From a virus: a stretch of 20,717 nucleotides of DNA. A program made the position numbers and the translations under genes. Position 1 is the stretch's first letter. Each line of letters begins with the position of its first letter. Below are positions 7,817 to 15,721 of this stretch, piece after piece. Below the pieces are notes generated by a model that did not search any database, was not told where the DNA came from, and was given only the letters and a program-made list of their open reading frames with translations. The stretch is from the UHGV virus genome UHGV-1961940; one strand, given 5' to 3'.

Positions 7817-9021
7817 TACGCCTCCTCGTAGATAATGTCGATGATGTTACCATCACGGTCAACTACGTATTCAATCGGATCGCCATCTTTGCGTGATTCC
7901 GGTGCTGCTACGATTTCGTAGCGGCATGCACGGCACTTAGCACTGTTGTGTTGGTATGGCACACTAACCACATCCGCAGGGTCAACCATAACCATCATTA
8001 CAGTGCCATAGCCCGCTGCATACTCTTTGCTGGCGCAGTGCAGGCCATAAGAACACGCAGCTTCCGGATCATCTTCTACAAAGTTACGAGGCATGGACAC
8101 AAAAGCACCCTGGTATTGTGGAACTTTACCGCTGTGCCAATCCACCCACCTGCTCCCGTTAAACTGAACCCCCTTATAGCAAATGATTCGACCATCTTCT
8201 GCAACCTGGATGTCATTAGCCTGCATGAAATCGTAGAGCATGTTCACAGATTTTGCAGACGGGTTGCGTAGCAGACGGACAAGGAATTTAACATATCGGT
8301 CGTCCAGTGTTCCATCTACATAATCTTCCTCAATTTTCTTTGCAATGGTGGATCGCATCTCTACACCGTAGTAGTAGAGCTTACCATCTTTCATGATCAG
8401 GTTGTCTGCAAGTGTGGTGAACTCATTCTTGCGTTCCAGCCAGACAAGGATTTCACCAATTGCCTCATCATATTCCTGAACAGAAATATGGTCGAAGACT
8501 TTCTGGTAAACTTCCTCACTTTCGCTGCGGCGAATTTCAAAAATGCCTTCGTTGCAGGTGATCTGGAGGAGTTCCCCGCAAATAACTACCAAAGGCTCGA
8601 TGCTTCGAGACTGTTGCTGAGACACACTGCTCACTACTTCCAGCACCGGATCTTTGACTTCTACTAAAGGTTCTTCTGACTTGATTGCTACCCCAGTGAA
8701 CCCCACACCGTGAACAACACACAGTGGGTATACCACGCCCCAACGTTTAACGGAACCTTCACCTGAATCTAAGATCATGGCGTACTTACCGTTGTCTTCC
8801 AGTCCGTAGCGGAATAAACGGGCCTCTTCGCGGGTTTCAAAATCCTCACGGGTATAGCAGACACTGTCTCGGTCAGGATCAAACAGCTCTGGGGCACCTA
8901 CTGCCAGTGTCCATGTTGTAGTACCTTTCTCAATAGCACATGTGAAACCCTTCTTCTCAAGTTCTGCACGGCGGTCGCGTGCTTCTTTACGAGTTTTGAA
9001 ATGTTCGTAGATGAAAATCAT
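7816..9021 (-). CDS. rIIB: rIIB-like protein
   Basis: C-terminal half aligns by eye to T4 rIIB as I remember it: '...NPSAKSVNMLYDFMQANDIQVAEDG...MPRNFVEDD...SYGLHCASKEYAAGYG...VDPADVVSVPYQHNSAKCRACRYEIV' against the T4 '...NPSQKAVSRLFDFLVANDIEITEDG...MPR...DDD...GLHVCSK...HPRDVVSIP...NDAKMRTCQYEVV' pattern. Lies directly downstream of the rIIA-like gene. Confidence 0.75.
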   Translation of the reverse strand: MIFIYEHFKTRKEARDRRAELEKKGFTCAIEKGTTTWTLAVGAPELFDPDRDSVCYTREDFETREEARLFRYGLEDNGKYAMILDSGEGSVKRWGVVYPLCVVHGVGFTGVAIKSEEPLVEVKDPVLEVVSSVSQQQSRSIEPLVVICGELLQITCNEGIFEIRRSESEEVYQKVFDHISVQEYDEAIGEILVWLERKNEFTTLADNLIMKDGKLYYYGVEMRSTIAKKIEEDYVDGTLDDRYVKFLVRLLRNPSAKSVNMLYDFMQANDIQVAEDGRIICYKGVQFNGSRWVDWHSGKVPQYQGAFVSMPRNFVEDDPEAACSYGLHCASKEYAAGYGTVMMVMVDPADVVSVPYQHNSAKCRACRYEIVAAPESRKDGDPIEYVVDRDGNIIDIIYEEA

Positions 9022-9031
9022 AGCTGTCTCC

Positions 9032-11014
9032 TTATTTGGTGTTATTCTTTGCGTCGATCAGTTCACGGTATTCAATCATAGCAGGAGTGTCCCAATATTT
9101 CAAGCCCACATGCTTCAAAAGTGGATATTTCTTTTCCAATCTTGCAATATAGGCCTTCCCGCACTTGACTCGGTTGGCGATTAAGATTTTGGCACGATGA
9201 TTTAGCTCACTGTGCTTCCACGCGGTGTTACCTTCCCACTTGTGGAAATGTGGCCGATAATTTCCAAAATCTTGCATGGGGATAATTTTCCCTAATTGTC
9301 TATACAGGCTGTCATATGAAGTTTCATTTGCTGCGCGAGTCAGTAAGAATTTCCAAGCATCCTCTTTCAACAAATGTTCCACATTCTTCTCTGTAACATA
9401 CTGGCAATCAGGATCAGTCCAAAGCAGACGAGATTCTGATACCAAGTACAGATCTTCACCTTCAGGAATCTGGAGTGCAGCACGCACACGGTCATAATTT
9501 TGCTGGTAGATGTTACTCAGCTGTCCCAGCCAACAACTTCCACGTTGGATATCACCCTCATAAGGAATGCAGTGCTTAATCTTCTTGAACTCTGCCTTAG
9601 TAATACGTTCACGACGGAAGTAACCATCCTTCTCAAGCTTTTTAACCCAATAACCTGGCTCGTAATGAGTTTTTGTTTCACCTTTCTTCGCAGGTCGGCG
9701 AGGGAGCTCTGATAACAATTTGACAGTATCTGCAAAGAACGGATGGTGTGCCGCCTCTTTAAACTCTTTCACCAGATCCGTGTTCCGGCAATAGAAAACG
9801 TTGCGTCCGGTGATTTCGCTTAAGTAGTTACACTTATTTCGGTTATATTTACCATCTCCGTCGTTAAATACAAGGTATACACCTCGTAAGAACTCCGACT
9901 TTCCGTAACGAGCATAGCCTATGCGGCCTTTATTTAAGCCGCCAGCGAAAATTTCACAATCGCCTAAGTCGCCAAGCCCTGTTTCTTCCCAACGGTTCCA
10001 CATAAAGTTTTTGCCGAAGATGTGTCCGAACACTCCACTATTCTTCATCATTTCACGTGCTTCTGCGGAGGTTTTTGCCGTCTCCAGTTCTGCAATAACT
10101 TCTGCCCCGCGAAGACGTATACCTTCTTTGACAAAGGCCTCCAGGCGATCCTGGAATCCACCGTCGTCATGGCCCTCTATGGTCCATTCACGCCCAGGGT
10201 TAATATTGCAATCCCCAATAGGAATTTCCACGCAGATTGCAGGGTAATCGGTCAATGTCTCCAGGAACTTGGAGCGGTAAGGTTGGTGACCCATCACAAC
10301 ACGGCTCTCATCAGAACTGGTATAACCTTTCAGGATGGTCATTTTCCAGCCATCCTTCTCGTAATGATACTGTGCCTCAACCTTGTCACCTTCTAACATC
10401 TTACTGGTCATAGGATCGGTGACGATGAACGGAAACTTCGCATAGCGTAAGCACGATGCAATAGCAGTGCAATATTTCAGGACATGCTCTTTCTTAACAT
10501 GGAACTGAACTTTTACCCCGTTGTGCTCTTCAGTCTTCCGCTCACGGATCTTGGTAACGTTTGGGATACCCTGATCCAAGAACAATAGATATGTGCTTTC
10601 AACACCATTGTGCACACTGATCACATCGAAAGTGTCCACCATACTGAACGGAGCCTTTGAACCAACACCTTTATTACCTACCAGAGCGTTGCTGTTGCGC
10701 TTGGTTGACTCCCCGAGATTCATGAAAGTGTTGCGGACCATCTCTTCTGACATGCCCAATCCAACGTCCTGCACAAAGAAGTATGGTTCAAGGTCTGTAG
10801 GAGAGTGAATGATGATCGGTACATCACCCCGTCCAGACTCAACATGGGAGTCCACAGCATTGAAGATTGGTTCACGGCAGCTTGCCAGCACCTTATCTTC
10901 GTAAATCCCTTTAATGATTAGCCCAAAAGTCTCTTTGTTCAGAGAAATTGAGCCCCTGGTGACCTCCATATTTCCGGTCAGCACTGCTTTAGTTTCATTA
11001 CTGTTTACAATCAT
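9032..11014 (-). CDS. rIIA: rIIA-like protein with N-terminal GHKL (histidine-kinase-like) ATPase domain
   Basis: GHKL boxes: N-box 'REPIFNAVDSH', G1 'VQDVGLGMS', G2 'VGNKGVGSKAPFSMVDTFDVISVHNG'. These resemble the T4 rIIA N-terminal 'RELITNMIDAH...DFGPGMS...[25 protein letters not shown]' as recalled. Followed by rIIB-like gene in the canonical order. Confidence 0.75.
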   Translation of the reverse strand: MIVNSNETKAVLTGNMEVTRGSISLNKETFGLIIKGIYEDKVLASCREPIFNAVDSHVESGRGDVPIIIHSPTDLEPYFFVQDVGLGMSEEMVRNTFMNLGESTKRNSNALVGNKGVGSKAPFSMVDTFDVISVHNGVESTYLLFLDQGIPNVTKIRERKTEEHNGVKVQFHVKKEHVLKYCTAIASCLRYAKFPFIVTDPMTSKMLEGDKVEAQYHYEKDGWKMTILKGYTSSDESRVVMGHQPYRSKFLETLTDYPAICVEIPIGDCNINPGREWTIEGHDDGGFQDRLEAFVKEGIRLRGAEVIAELETAKTSAEAREMMKNSGVFGHIFGKNFMWNRWEETGLGDLGDCEIFAGGLNKGRIGYARYGKSEFLRGVYLVFNDGDGKYNRNKCNYLSEITGRNVFYCRNTDLVKEFKEAAHHPFFADTVKLLSELPRRPAKKGETKTHYEPGYWVKKLEKDGYFRRERITKAEFKKIKHCIPYEGDIQRGSCWLGQLSNIYQQNYDRVRAALQIPEGEDLYLVSESRLLWTDPDCQYVTEKNVEHLLKEDAWKFLLTRAANETSYDSLYRQLGKIIPMQDFGNYRPHFHKWEGNTAWKHSELNHRAKILIANRVKCGKAYIARLEKKYPLLKHVGLKYWDTPAMIEYRELIDAKNNTK

Positions 11015-11511
11015 TTATTGCGCTCCTTGTAGTAGATATGGCTCCCGAATTGAGTTGTCCTCTGCATCTTTTTTGCCCATTTCGGTCGTACTTTGGTTGT
11101 ATGGTAGTGTGTTGCTCCACCTGTTATGTCCATAGCCATGTATGCAACATGGTTGTTATTATAGACCTTTATAAGCATCTTTGCAAGACTTTTAGCGTGA
11201 TCCCATGAATCTTTTTCTGTCACCTTAAAAGTTTTGCCGTGGTTTGTCCACGAAAACTGGTTAGGTTGGTAGACAATCTTTCTTATAGTGTCTGGGTATT
11301 TAGGGTGGGATTTCCTGTTTAGTGTGGCAAACCCAGATGCCAGCATACCCATCGTGCCATCTCCTCTAGCTTCCCTGTAGATATTGCATGCCAGAATGTT
11401 TTCCTTAGTATCTGATGGCTTGCAAGTATGATATACTTTTTGTTTTGGTGCTGCAACAACAGGCAGCGATAAAAGTGCGCTCAAAATAATAGCAAAGATC
11501 TTAATTTTCAC
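11011..11511 (-). CDS. Secreted cell-wall hydrolase, SleB/Hydrolase_2 family (probable lysis enzyme)
   Basis: N-terminal signal peptide 'MKIKIFAIILSALLSLPVVAAP'. SleB-family motifs 'NIYREARGDG', 'FATLNRKSHPKYPDTIRKIVYQPNQFSW'. GTG start at 11511 with a GGAG RBS. Confidence 0.75.
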   Translation of the reverse strand: MKIKIFAIILSALLSLPVVAAPKQKVYHTCKPSDTKENILACNIYREARGDGTMGMLASGFATLNRKSHPKYPDTIRKIVYQPNQFSWTNHGKTFKVTEKDSWDHAKSLAKMLIKVYNNNHVAYMAMDITGGATHYHTTKVRPKWAKKMQRTTQFGSHIYYKERNK

Positions 11512-11520
11512 AATGACTCC

Positions 11521-11548
11521 AAATAGAAAATCCCCGCCGAAGCGGGGG
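11521..11548 (-). terminator. Rho-independent terminator (minus strand)
   Basis: Minus-strand RNA CCCCGC-UUCG-GCGGGG stem-loop followed by UUUUCUAUUU. Lies between the stop of the upstream ORF (11561) and the lysin RBS. Confidence 0.6.
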
Positions 11549-11560
11549 AGGTCTTAGAAA

Positions 11561-11943
11561 TTAATCGTAGTGTGCCAAAATCTCTCCATCGTTGCAAGTT
11601 CCCTCTACAAAGTTATGAAGATTCATGCACTCATCTTGATAGAAGAATTTACCGCTTTTCAGCCGTAGGCCAAACAACTCCGCATCTCCACGATGGCAAG
11701 CCTCTACAAGTTCATAGATTTCATACGGCAACTCTCCGTCGTCATGGAAGAATCCAGCCTTATCGTTGACATAAATGAAGAAATAATCACTGCTATCGCA
11801 AGCGTCCAATATTTTAAACCAGACTTCATCTACATCTTTTTCTCGGATATCGATCACGCAAGTGGAACTGCATTCGTACTCCTTCTCCGGCTCCTCGGTC
11901 AATACCACCAGGTAGTTTCCCCGCTTACCTACTTTAGCCATAC
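11561..11943 (-). CDS. hypothetical protein (~126 aa from ATG 11943; track ORF extends to 11989)
   Basis: ATG at 11943 is preceded by 'AAGGGGG' and avoids the 38-nt overlap with the upstream gene. No motifs recognised. Confidence 0.5.
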
Positions 11944-11951
11944 AACCCCCC

Positions 11952-13136
11952 TTAAGCTTTAGCCAAAATGGCGCTAAACTCTTCACCAAACTCTTTTACA
12001 ATCTTCATCAGGTTTGGGTATGCTTTGATCAGCTGAGCAACAATCTTGTCACGCCCTTTACCGATAAGCAAGGCATTTCCTAAGGCATTAGGTTTCATCA
12101 TCGCCATAAAGACTGAGAATACAAAATCTCGGTTCTCGTCCTTGAAGTTTTCCCAAAGGAAATCGAGGAAGTTTGCCACGCAGCTGACAAGATCTTCGTC
12201 TGAGATACTTGCATTTTCCATCATATTGCGAATAGCGATACAACCTTCAGATCCAAGAATCCACAAAATGTCTGGCTGCTTAGGACCTACGTATTCTTTG
12301 CAGCCACCTGCCATAATCCGACCGATTTCCGGTAAATTACGTTTCTTGGTGTGGTAAGTCCAGATCTCTACCGCTGCAGTGTGACCAATAGCACCTTGTA
12401 GAAGAACACGGGCCATAGCGTCAGAAATAATACCGCTGTCAAAATCGTGCAAGATGTCAGATGCAGCAACCCAAGATCGTGGTGTGGCAAAAGATGGACA
12501 ATTAATCTCAGCCATAGCCTCATAATTATCAATAGCTGATGGAACTCTTTTCAGATACCCAATTACAGAGGAGTGAACCCCGTTGAGGAATGCGTAGTCC
12601 TCAATAAACACCTCTGCATTGCTTGTAACCTCTACAATGATAAAACGGTTAGCCAGAGGGGCTTCGAGCGCCGAAAGAACCGCACCATCTGTAGAACGGT
12701 TACCCGCAGCCACAAAAACAGAACCCTTAGGGAATGCATAGGTGCCGCACTTGTGGTCAAGCATAATTTGCATTGCAACCTTTTGCAGGTAGTTATCTGC
12801 ATGAGTGAGCTCATCCAGAAAGATAATTCCGCTCCAGTCAGGATCCGCAGGCCAAAATTCTGGAATTGCAAACACTGTACGTGTAGTTCCATCCGCTTCT
12901 ACAGGGATAGGTAGCCCAGATAAGTCGGCAGGATCTTTATCTGACAGTCGCACGTCAACAAGGTTGTCATCTCGCTCACCGAACATATTATCAGCGATCT
13001 GCTTCATCACCTGGCTTTTACCCACACCCATTGGTCCCAAAATTAGGACAGATCGGCTATGACGTTGGGCAAACTGAATAATAGCTGGCAACTCACGGAC
13101 AGTGATTTGACCACTTTCGAATACGTTTCTTGACAT
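11952..13136 (-). CDS. MoxR-like AAA+ ATPase (AAA_5 / CbbQ-NorQ-CobS-like)
   Basis: Walker A 'LILGPMGVGKSQ', Walker B 'IIFLDELTHAD', and a sensor-1 region 'VFVAAGNRSTDGA...LEAPLANRF' that resembles the MoxR 'ATxNP...L..A..DRF' pattern. Confidence 0.8.
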   Translation of the reverse strand: MSRNVFESGQITVRELPAIIQFAQRHSRSVLILGPMGVGKSQVMKQIADNMFGERDDNLVDVRLSDKDPADLSGLPIPVEADGTTRTVFAIPEFWPADPDWSGIIFLDELTHADNYLQKVAMQIMLDHKCGTYAFPKGSVFVAAGNRSTDGAVLSALEAPLANRFIIVEVTSNAEVFIEDYAFLNGVHSSVIGYLKRVPSAIDNYEAMAEINCPSFATPRSWVAASDILHDFDSGIISDAMARVLLQGAIGHTAAVEIWTYHTKKRNLPEIGRIMAGGCKEYVGPKQPDILWILGSEGCIAIRNMMENASISDEDLVSCVANFLDFLWENFKDENRDFVFSVFMAMMKPNALGNALLIGKGRDKIVAQLIKAYPNLMKIVKEFGEEFSAILAKA

Positions 13137-13405
13137 TAGTAAAAGTCCTCTACTTGTGTGTAAGTGTTTTCAAAGTTTTCCAAAACAGATATCACATCGA
13201 ATCTGTCAATATCATACGTGACTCTCCAGTTGTACGCAACCCTTTCTGCTGTTGCCTCTTCTGGCGCTAGTCGTCTGCTGGCATAAAAGAGTGTTGGAGT
13301 ACACTTTCTTGCTTGCCCTCTAACTTTCCCATAATAATATCTGTGAATATCTTTGTCAAAATTTAACTCTTTTTCTGCACGAAGTTCATATTGCTGGTAT
13401 AACAT
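13136..13405 (-). CDS. hypothetical protein (89 aa)
   Basis: Track ORF; its stop overlaps the AAA+ ATPase start. Confidence 0.4.
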   Translation of the reverse strand: MLYQQYELRAEKELNFDKDIHRYYYGKVRGQARKCTPTLFYASRRLAPEEATAERVAYNWRVTYDIDRFDVISVLENFENTYTQVEDFY

Positions 13406-13449
13406 CTCTACTACTCCTTAAGCAGCATCCTTGCCGCCATTCCTGCCCA

Positions 13450-13830
13450 CTAAAATGCAGTCCGAATCCAGACAAGGTTCTTATCTGCCCAATCATAGAG
13501 GCAAGTCATTGCACTATTGAATTGCTCACACGGAGGATAATCTTCTTCCATCTGGCGCATAGCAGAGCCTTGTGGGTAAAGCTCCCGTGCTGCAAACCAC
13601 GCATCGTAGTCATCAACGGTGTCGAAGTAGTATACAACATCCTCTAACTCAGGATCGAACTTTGAACTATCAGGATCCAGTTGTTCAGGGAACTTGGAGC
13701 GTAACTTGCCAGCCACAATACTTGCCAACTCGCTAACATGCTTATTGTCCCACTCCACTAGCTTCCCGTCTTCAGTGATGCGTCCTAACCACTGATCATG
13801 AAGGTCAACTGTTGTCTTCCACTGAGCCAT
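13450..13830 (-). CDS. hypothetical protein (126 aa), acidic and Trp-rich
   Basis: Track ORF in the operon orientation. Confidence 0.45.
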   Translation of the reverse strand: MAQWKTTVDLHDQWLGRITEDGKLVEWDNKHVSELASIVAGKLRSKFPEQLDPDSSKFDPELEDVVYYFDTVDDYDAWFAARELYPQGSAMRQMEEDYPPCEQFNSAMTCLYDWADKNLVWIRTAF

Positions 13831-13832
13831 TA

Positions 13833-14090
13833 TCAGTCCACCTCTTCTTCTCGTTGTAGTTCAAGATACCCGTAGGTCTGGACATCTTGAAGGGTGTGGA
13901 ACTCCCCCTCTGCCGCTAAGGCACGAACAACTTGGCACAAAACCTTATGAGGAACTTCATCCAAACCTAGATTCAGTGCAGGAAACACCTTATCTAAGTC
14001 AACAAAATAAACGAACTGTAGCTCACCAGCTTCAAAAGGTGTATCTTCAATAAACATCTTCTCGGCATTAGTCAAGATCTGCACTTTCAT
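13833..14090 (-). CDS. hypothetical protein (85 aa), acidic C-terminus
   Basis: Track ORF; ATGA start/stop overlap with the upstream gene at 14090. Confidence 0.45.
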   Translation of the reverse strand: MKVQILTNAEKMFIEDTPFEAGELQFVYFVDLDKVFPALNLGLDEVPHKVLCQVVRALAAEGEFHTLQDVQTYGYLELQREEEVD

Positions 14091-14446
14091 TATTCTACCT
14101 CCTCTTCTTTTTCTTCGGCATTAGTTTCATGGCTACCCCACTCGGGAGTTTCCACCTCGATAGTAAACTCACGCACTACACGGTAATTGCCCATGAAGCG
14201 CTCTACTTCGTCAAGGCTTATGGAGAGGCCATTGGCAACCAGGTCTGCAGCACCCTCTTCTACCAGGTAGTCCAGATTGGCTTCCAGAGCCTCAGGTTCA
14301 AACCCTGTCAATGCAATCAGATAACCTTCCCCTTCATCAGGGAGGACAATACAGCCCAATTGATTTTCTTTAAAAAGGCAGTGACCATCATTATTGATTG
14401 GGTGTTCATTGCAGTAAATAGCTGCACGATAAGTAACTTTAGACAT
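14090..14446 (-). CDS. hypothetical acidic protein beginning MSKVTYRA (118 aa from ATG 14446; track ORF starts at TTG 14467)
   Basis: AAGGAG RBS 9 nt upstream of the ATG at 14444-14446, and an in-frame TGA two codons upstream of the TTG. The start region lies inside the 29-bp inverted repeat. Confidence 0.5.
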   Translation of the reverse strand: MSKVTYRAAIYCNEHPINNDGHCLFKENQLGCIVLPDEGEGYLIALTGFEPEALEANLDYLVEEGAADLVANGLSISLDEVERFMGNYRVVREFTIEVETPEWGSHETNAEEKEEEVE

Positions 14447-14451
14447 CGGTA
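14423..14451. repeat. Left copy of a perfect 29-bp inverted repeat (reverse complement of 16285-16313)
   Basis: Checked base by base: the reverse complement of 14423-14451 is 'taccgatgtctaaagttacttatcgtgca', identical to 16285-16313. Both flanks mismatch immediately outside the 29 bp. Confidence 0.9.
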
Positions 14452-14459
14452 AGGTCTCC

Positions 14460-14738
14460 TTAGGCAATTGTCATTTTACATTCTTGAAATTTTAACACAA
14501 GACGGTAATTGTGTCTAGTGTCTAAAAAGATTTTTTCAACCATCAGGCACACGGTATAACCGTCCATCTTGTTGACAACAAAATCTCCAGGATGAGGGAG
14601 GATGTCTCCCGGATTGGGGAAACATAGTCCACTCAGAAAGGCATCGTCAGTGGTGGACTTAATAGATTTCCACACACTGTCTGCCTGAACATGTTCACCG
14701 ACGTAATATACATTACCACATGCCTTCATCATAGTCAA
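14460..14738 (-). CDS. hypothetical protein (92 aa)
   Basis: Track ORF; ATGA overlap with the upstream 299-aa gene. Its TAA stop overlaps the RBS of the next gene. Confidence 0.45.
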   Translation of the reverse strand: MTMMKACGNVYYVGEHVQADSVWKSIKSTTDDAFLSGLCFPNPGDILPHPGDFVVNKMDGYTVCLMVEKIFLDTRHNYRLVLKFQECKMTIA

Positions 14739-15634
14739 ACCCTCGCATAAATTAAACTTGTATCAGTATACTTCTTTAATGGGTAAATATCCTGTCCATA
14801 GATGCAATCATTAAACACCTCATCTACCCAAAGGCTACACTTATATCCCATCATTTCTAAAACACCCATCTCTTCTTCGGTAAACTTATCACCGCTCTTG
14901 CAAGATGTCAATACCTCATTCTGAACTCTTGCTACCTCGAAGCGGTTATTGGCAATATCGCTATTGGCGATCAAATACTCACCTAGAGGGTGTGCGGCAT
15001 TAAAGATGCACAGTGGACGGCTGACGTAATAGTCTCCAGGTGTATAAAAATTGTTGAGGTCTTTCACTAGAACATTCTTATCAGTCACTTCATTTATAAC
15101 ATCATGCATATCGCACATCTTTATATGTTTGAGGATTCCATCCCCCATCACAAAATAAAAACTTGCTGAGACACTTTCGGCATAGATCTTACTAGATCCG
15201 TTGTAGTTGTATTTTACTCGGATGCTAACGGGGGTTTTTCCTGTCGCGTTAGCCATCATCCAAAGAAATGGCAGCTCATACTTCTCCTCTGAGGAAACAA
15301 AAGGTGAGGTAGCCAGAGATCGAAAACCTCCAGAGAAGTTGAAAGTTACAGAACCGCTCCGGCGGTATGATACCGCGTATTCTACTTTTATATCGACATA
15401 CCCATTGGAATAGGTGTGTCCTTCATTATCTAAATATGTCCACTTATCAGACCCAGATACCAATCTACGCTCAATAACCTTCATCACTATAGGAATTAAT
15501 GGGTTGGTACAAACCGCTTTTGAAGTAGCTTTATCATCTAAAGCCTCGTAAATTGCAGAAAGGATGTCCCCAGCTGAAAGATTGGTTGTTATGTCCTGTT
15601 TCCACCGCGTACTAAAACTGTTAAGATTTGCCAT
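14735..15634 (-). CDS. hypothetical protein (299 aa), first gene of the leftward operon
   Basis: AGGAG RBS 9 nt upstream of the ATG at 15634, and a near-consensus promoter directly upstream. No motifs recognised. Confidence 0.6.
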   Translation of the reverse strand: MANLNSFSTRWKQDITTNLSAGDILSAIYEALDDKATSKAVCTNPLIPIVMKVIERRLVSGSDKWTYLDNEGHTYSNGYVDIKVEYAVSYRRSGSVTFNFSGGFRSLATSPFVSSEEKYELPFLWMMANATGKTPVSIRVKYNYNGSSKIYAESVSASFYFVMGDGILKHIKMCDMHDVINEVTDKNVLVKDLNNFYTPGDYYVSRPLCIFNAAHPLGEYLIANSDIANNRFEVARVQNEVLTSCKSGDKFTEEEMGVLEMMGYKCSLWVDEVFNDCIYGQDIYPLKKYTDTSLIYARV

Positions 15635-15674
15635 AAGTAAGTGCTCCTATGTTAGTTTTCTTTCGAATGGGTGC

Positions 15675-15703
15675 ACTATATTGTGGAGTTAGAGTAAAGT
15701 CAA
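15675..15703 (-). promoter_or_regulatory. Sigma70/SigA-type promoter for the leftward operon (-35 TTGACT, 17-nt spacer, -10 TATAGT)
   Basis: Minus-strand reading 'TTGACT ttactctaactccacaa TATAGT': -35 at 15698-15703, -10 at 15675-15680, about 40 nt upstream of the ATG at 15634. Confidence 0.45.
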
Positions 15704-15721
15704 CACGTTTTTGATGTTGAC
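15699..15721. promoter_or_regulatory. Palindrome GTCAACA-N9-TGTTGAC spanning back-to-back -35 elements (candidate operator)
   Basis: Perfect 7-bp inverted arms at 15699-15705 and 15715-15721. The left arm contains the leftward -35; the right arm contains TTGACA (15717-22), which with 17-nt spacing to 'TACGAT' (15740-45) gives a possible rightward promoter. Confidence 0.4.

Noticed and set aside
6944-8743. ORFs 6944-7273 (+), 7331-7516 (+), 7407-7835 (+), 7948-8271 (+) and 8537-8743 (-)
   Set aside because: Antisense or out-of-frame within the helicase and rIIB-like genes; no independent support.
9276-11135. Plus-strand ORFs within the rIIA-like and lysin region
   Set aside because: Antisense to motif-supported genes; shadow ORFs.
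14735-15634. Idea that the 299-aa protein is an ADP-ribosyltransferase (Alt/Mod-like)
   Set aside because: Only scattered R / S-x-S / E-x-E residues, with no convincing ordered motif; left as hypothetical.
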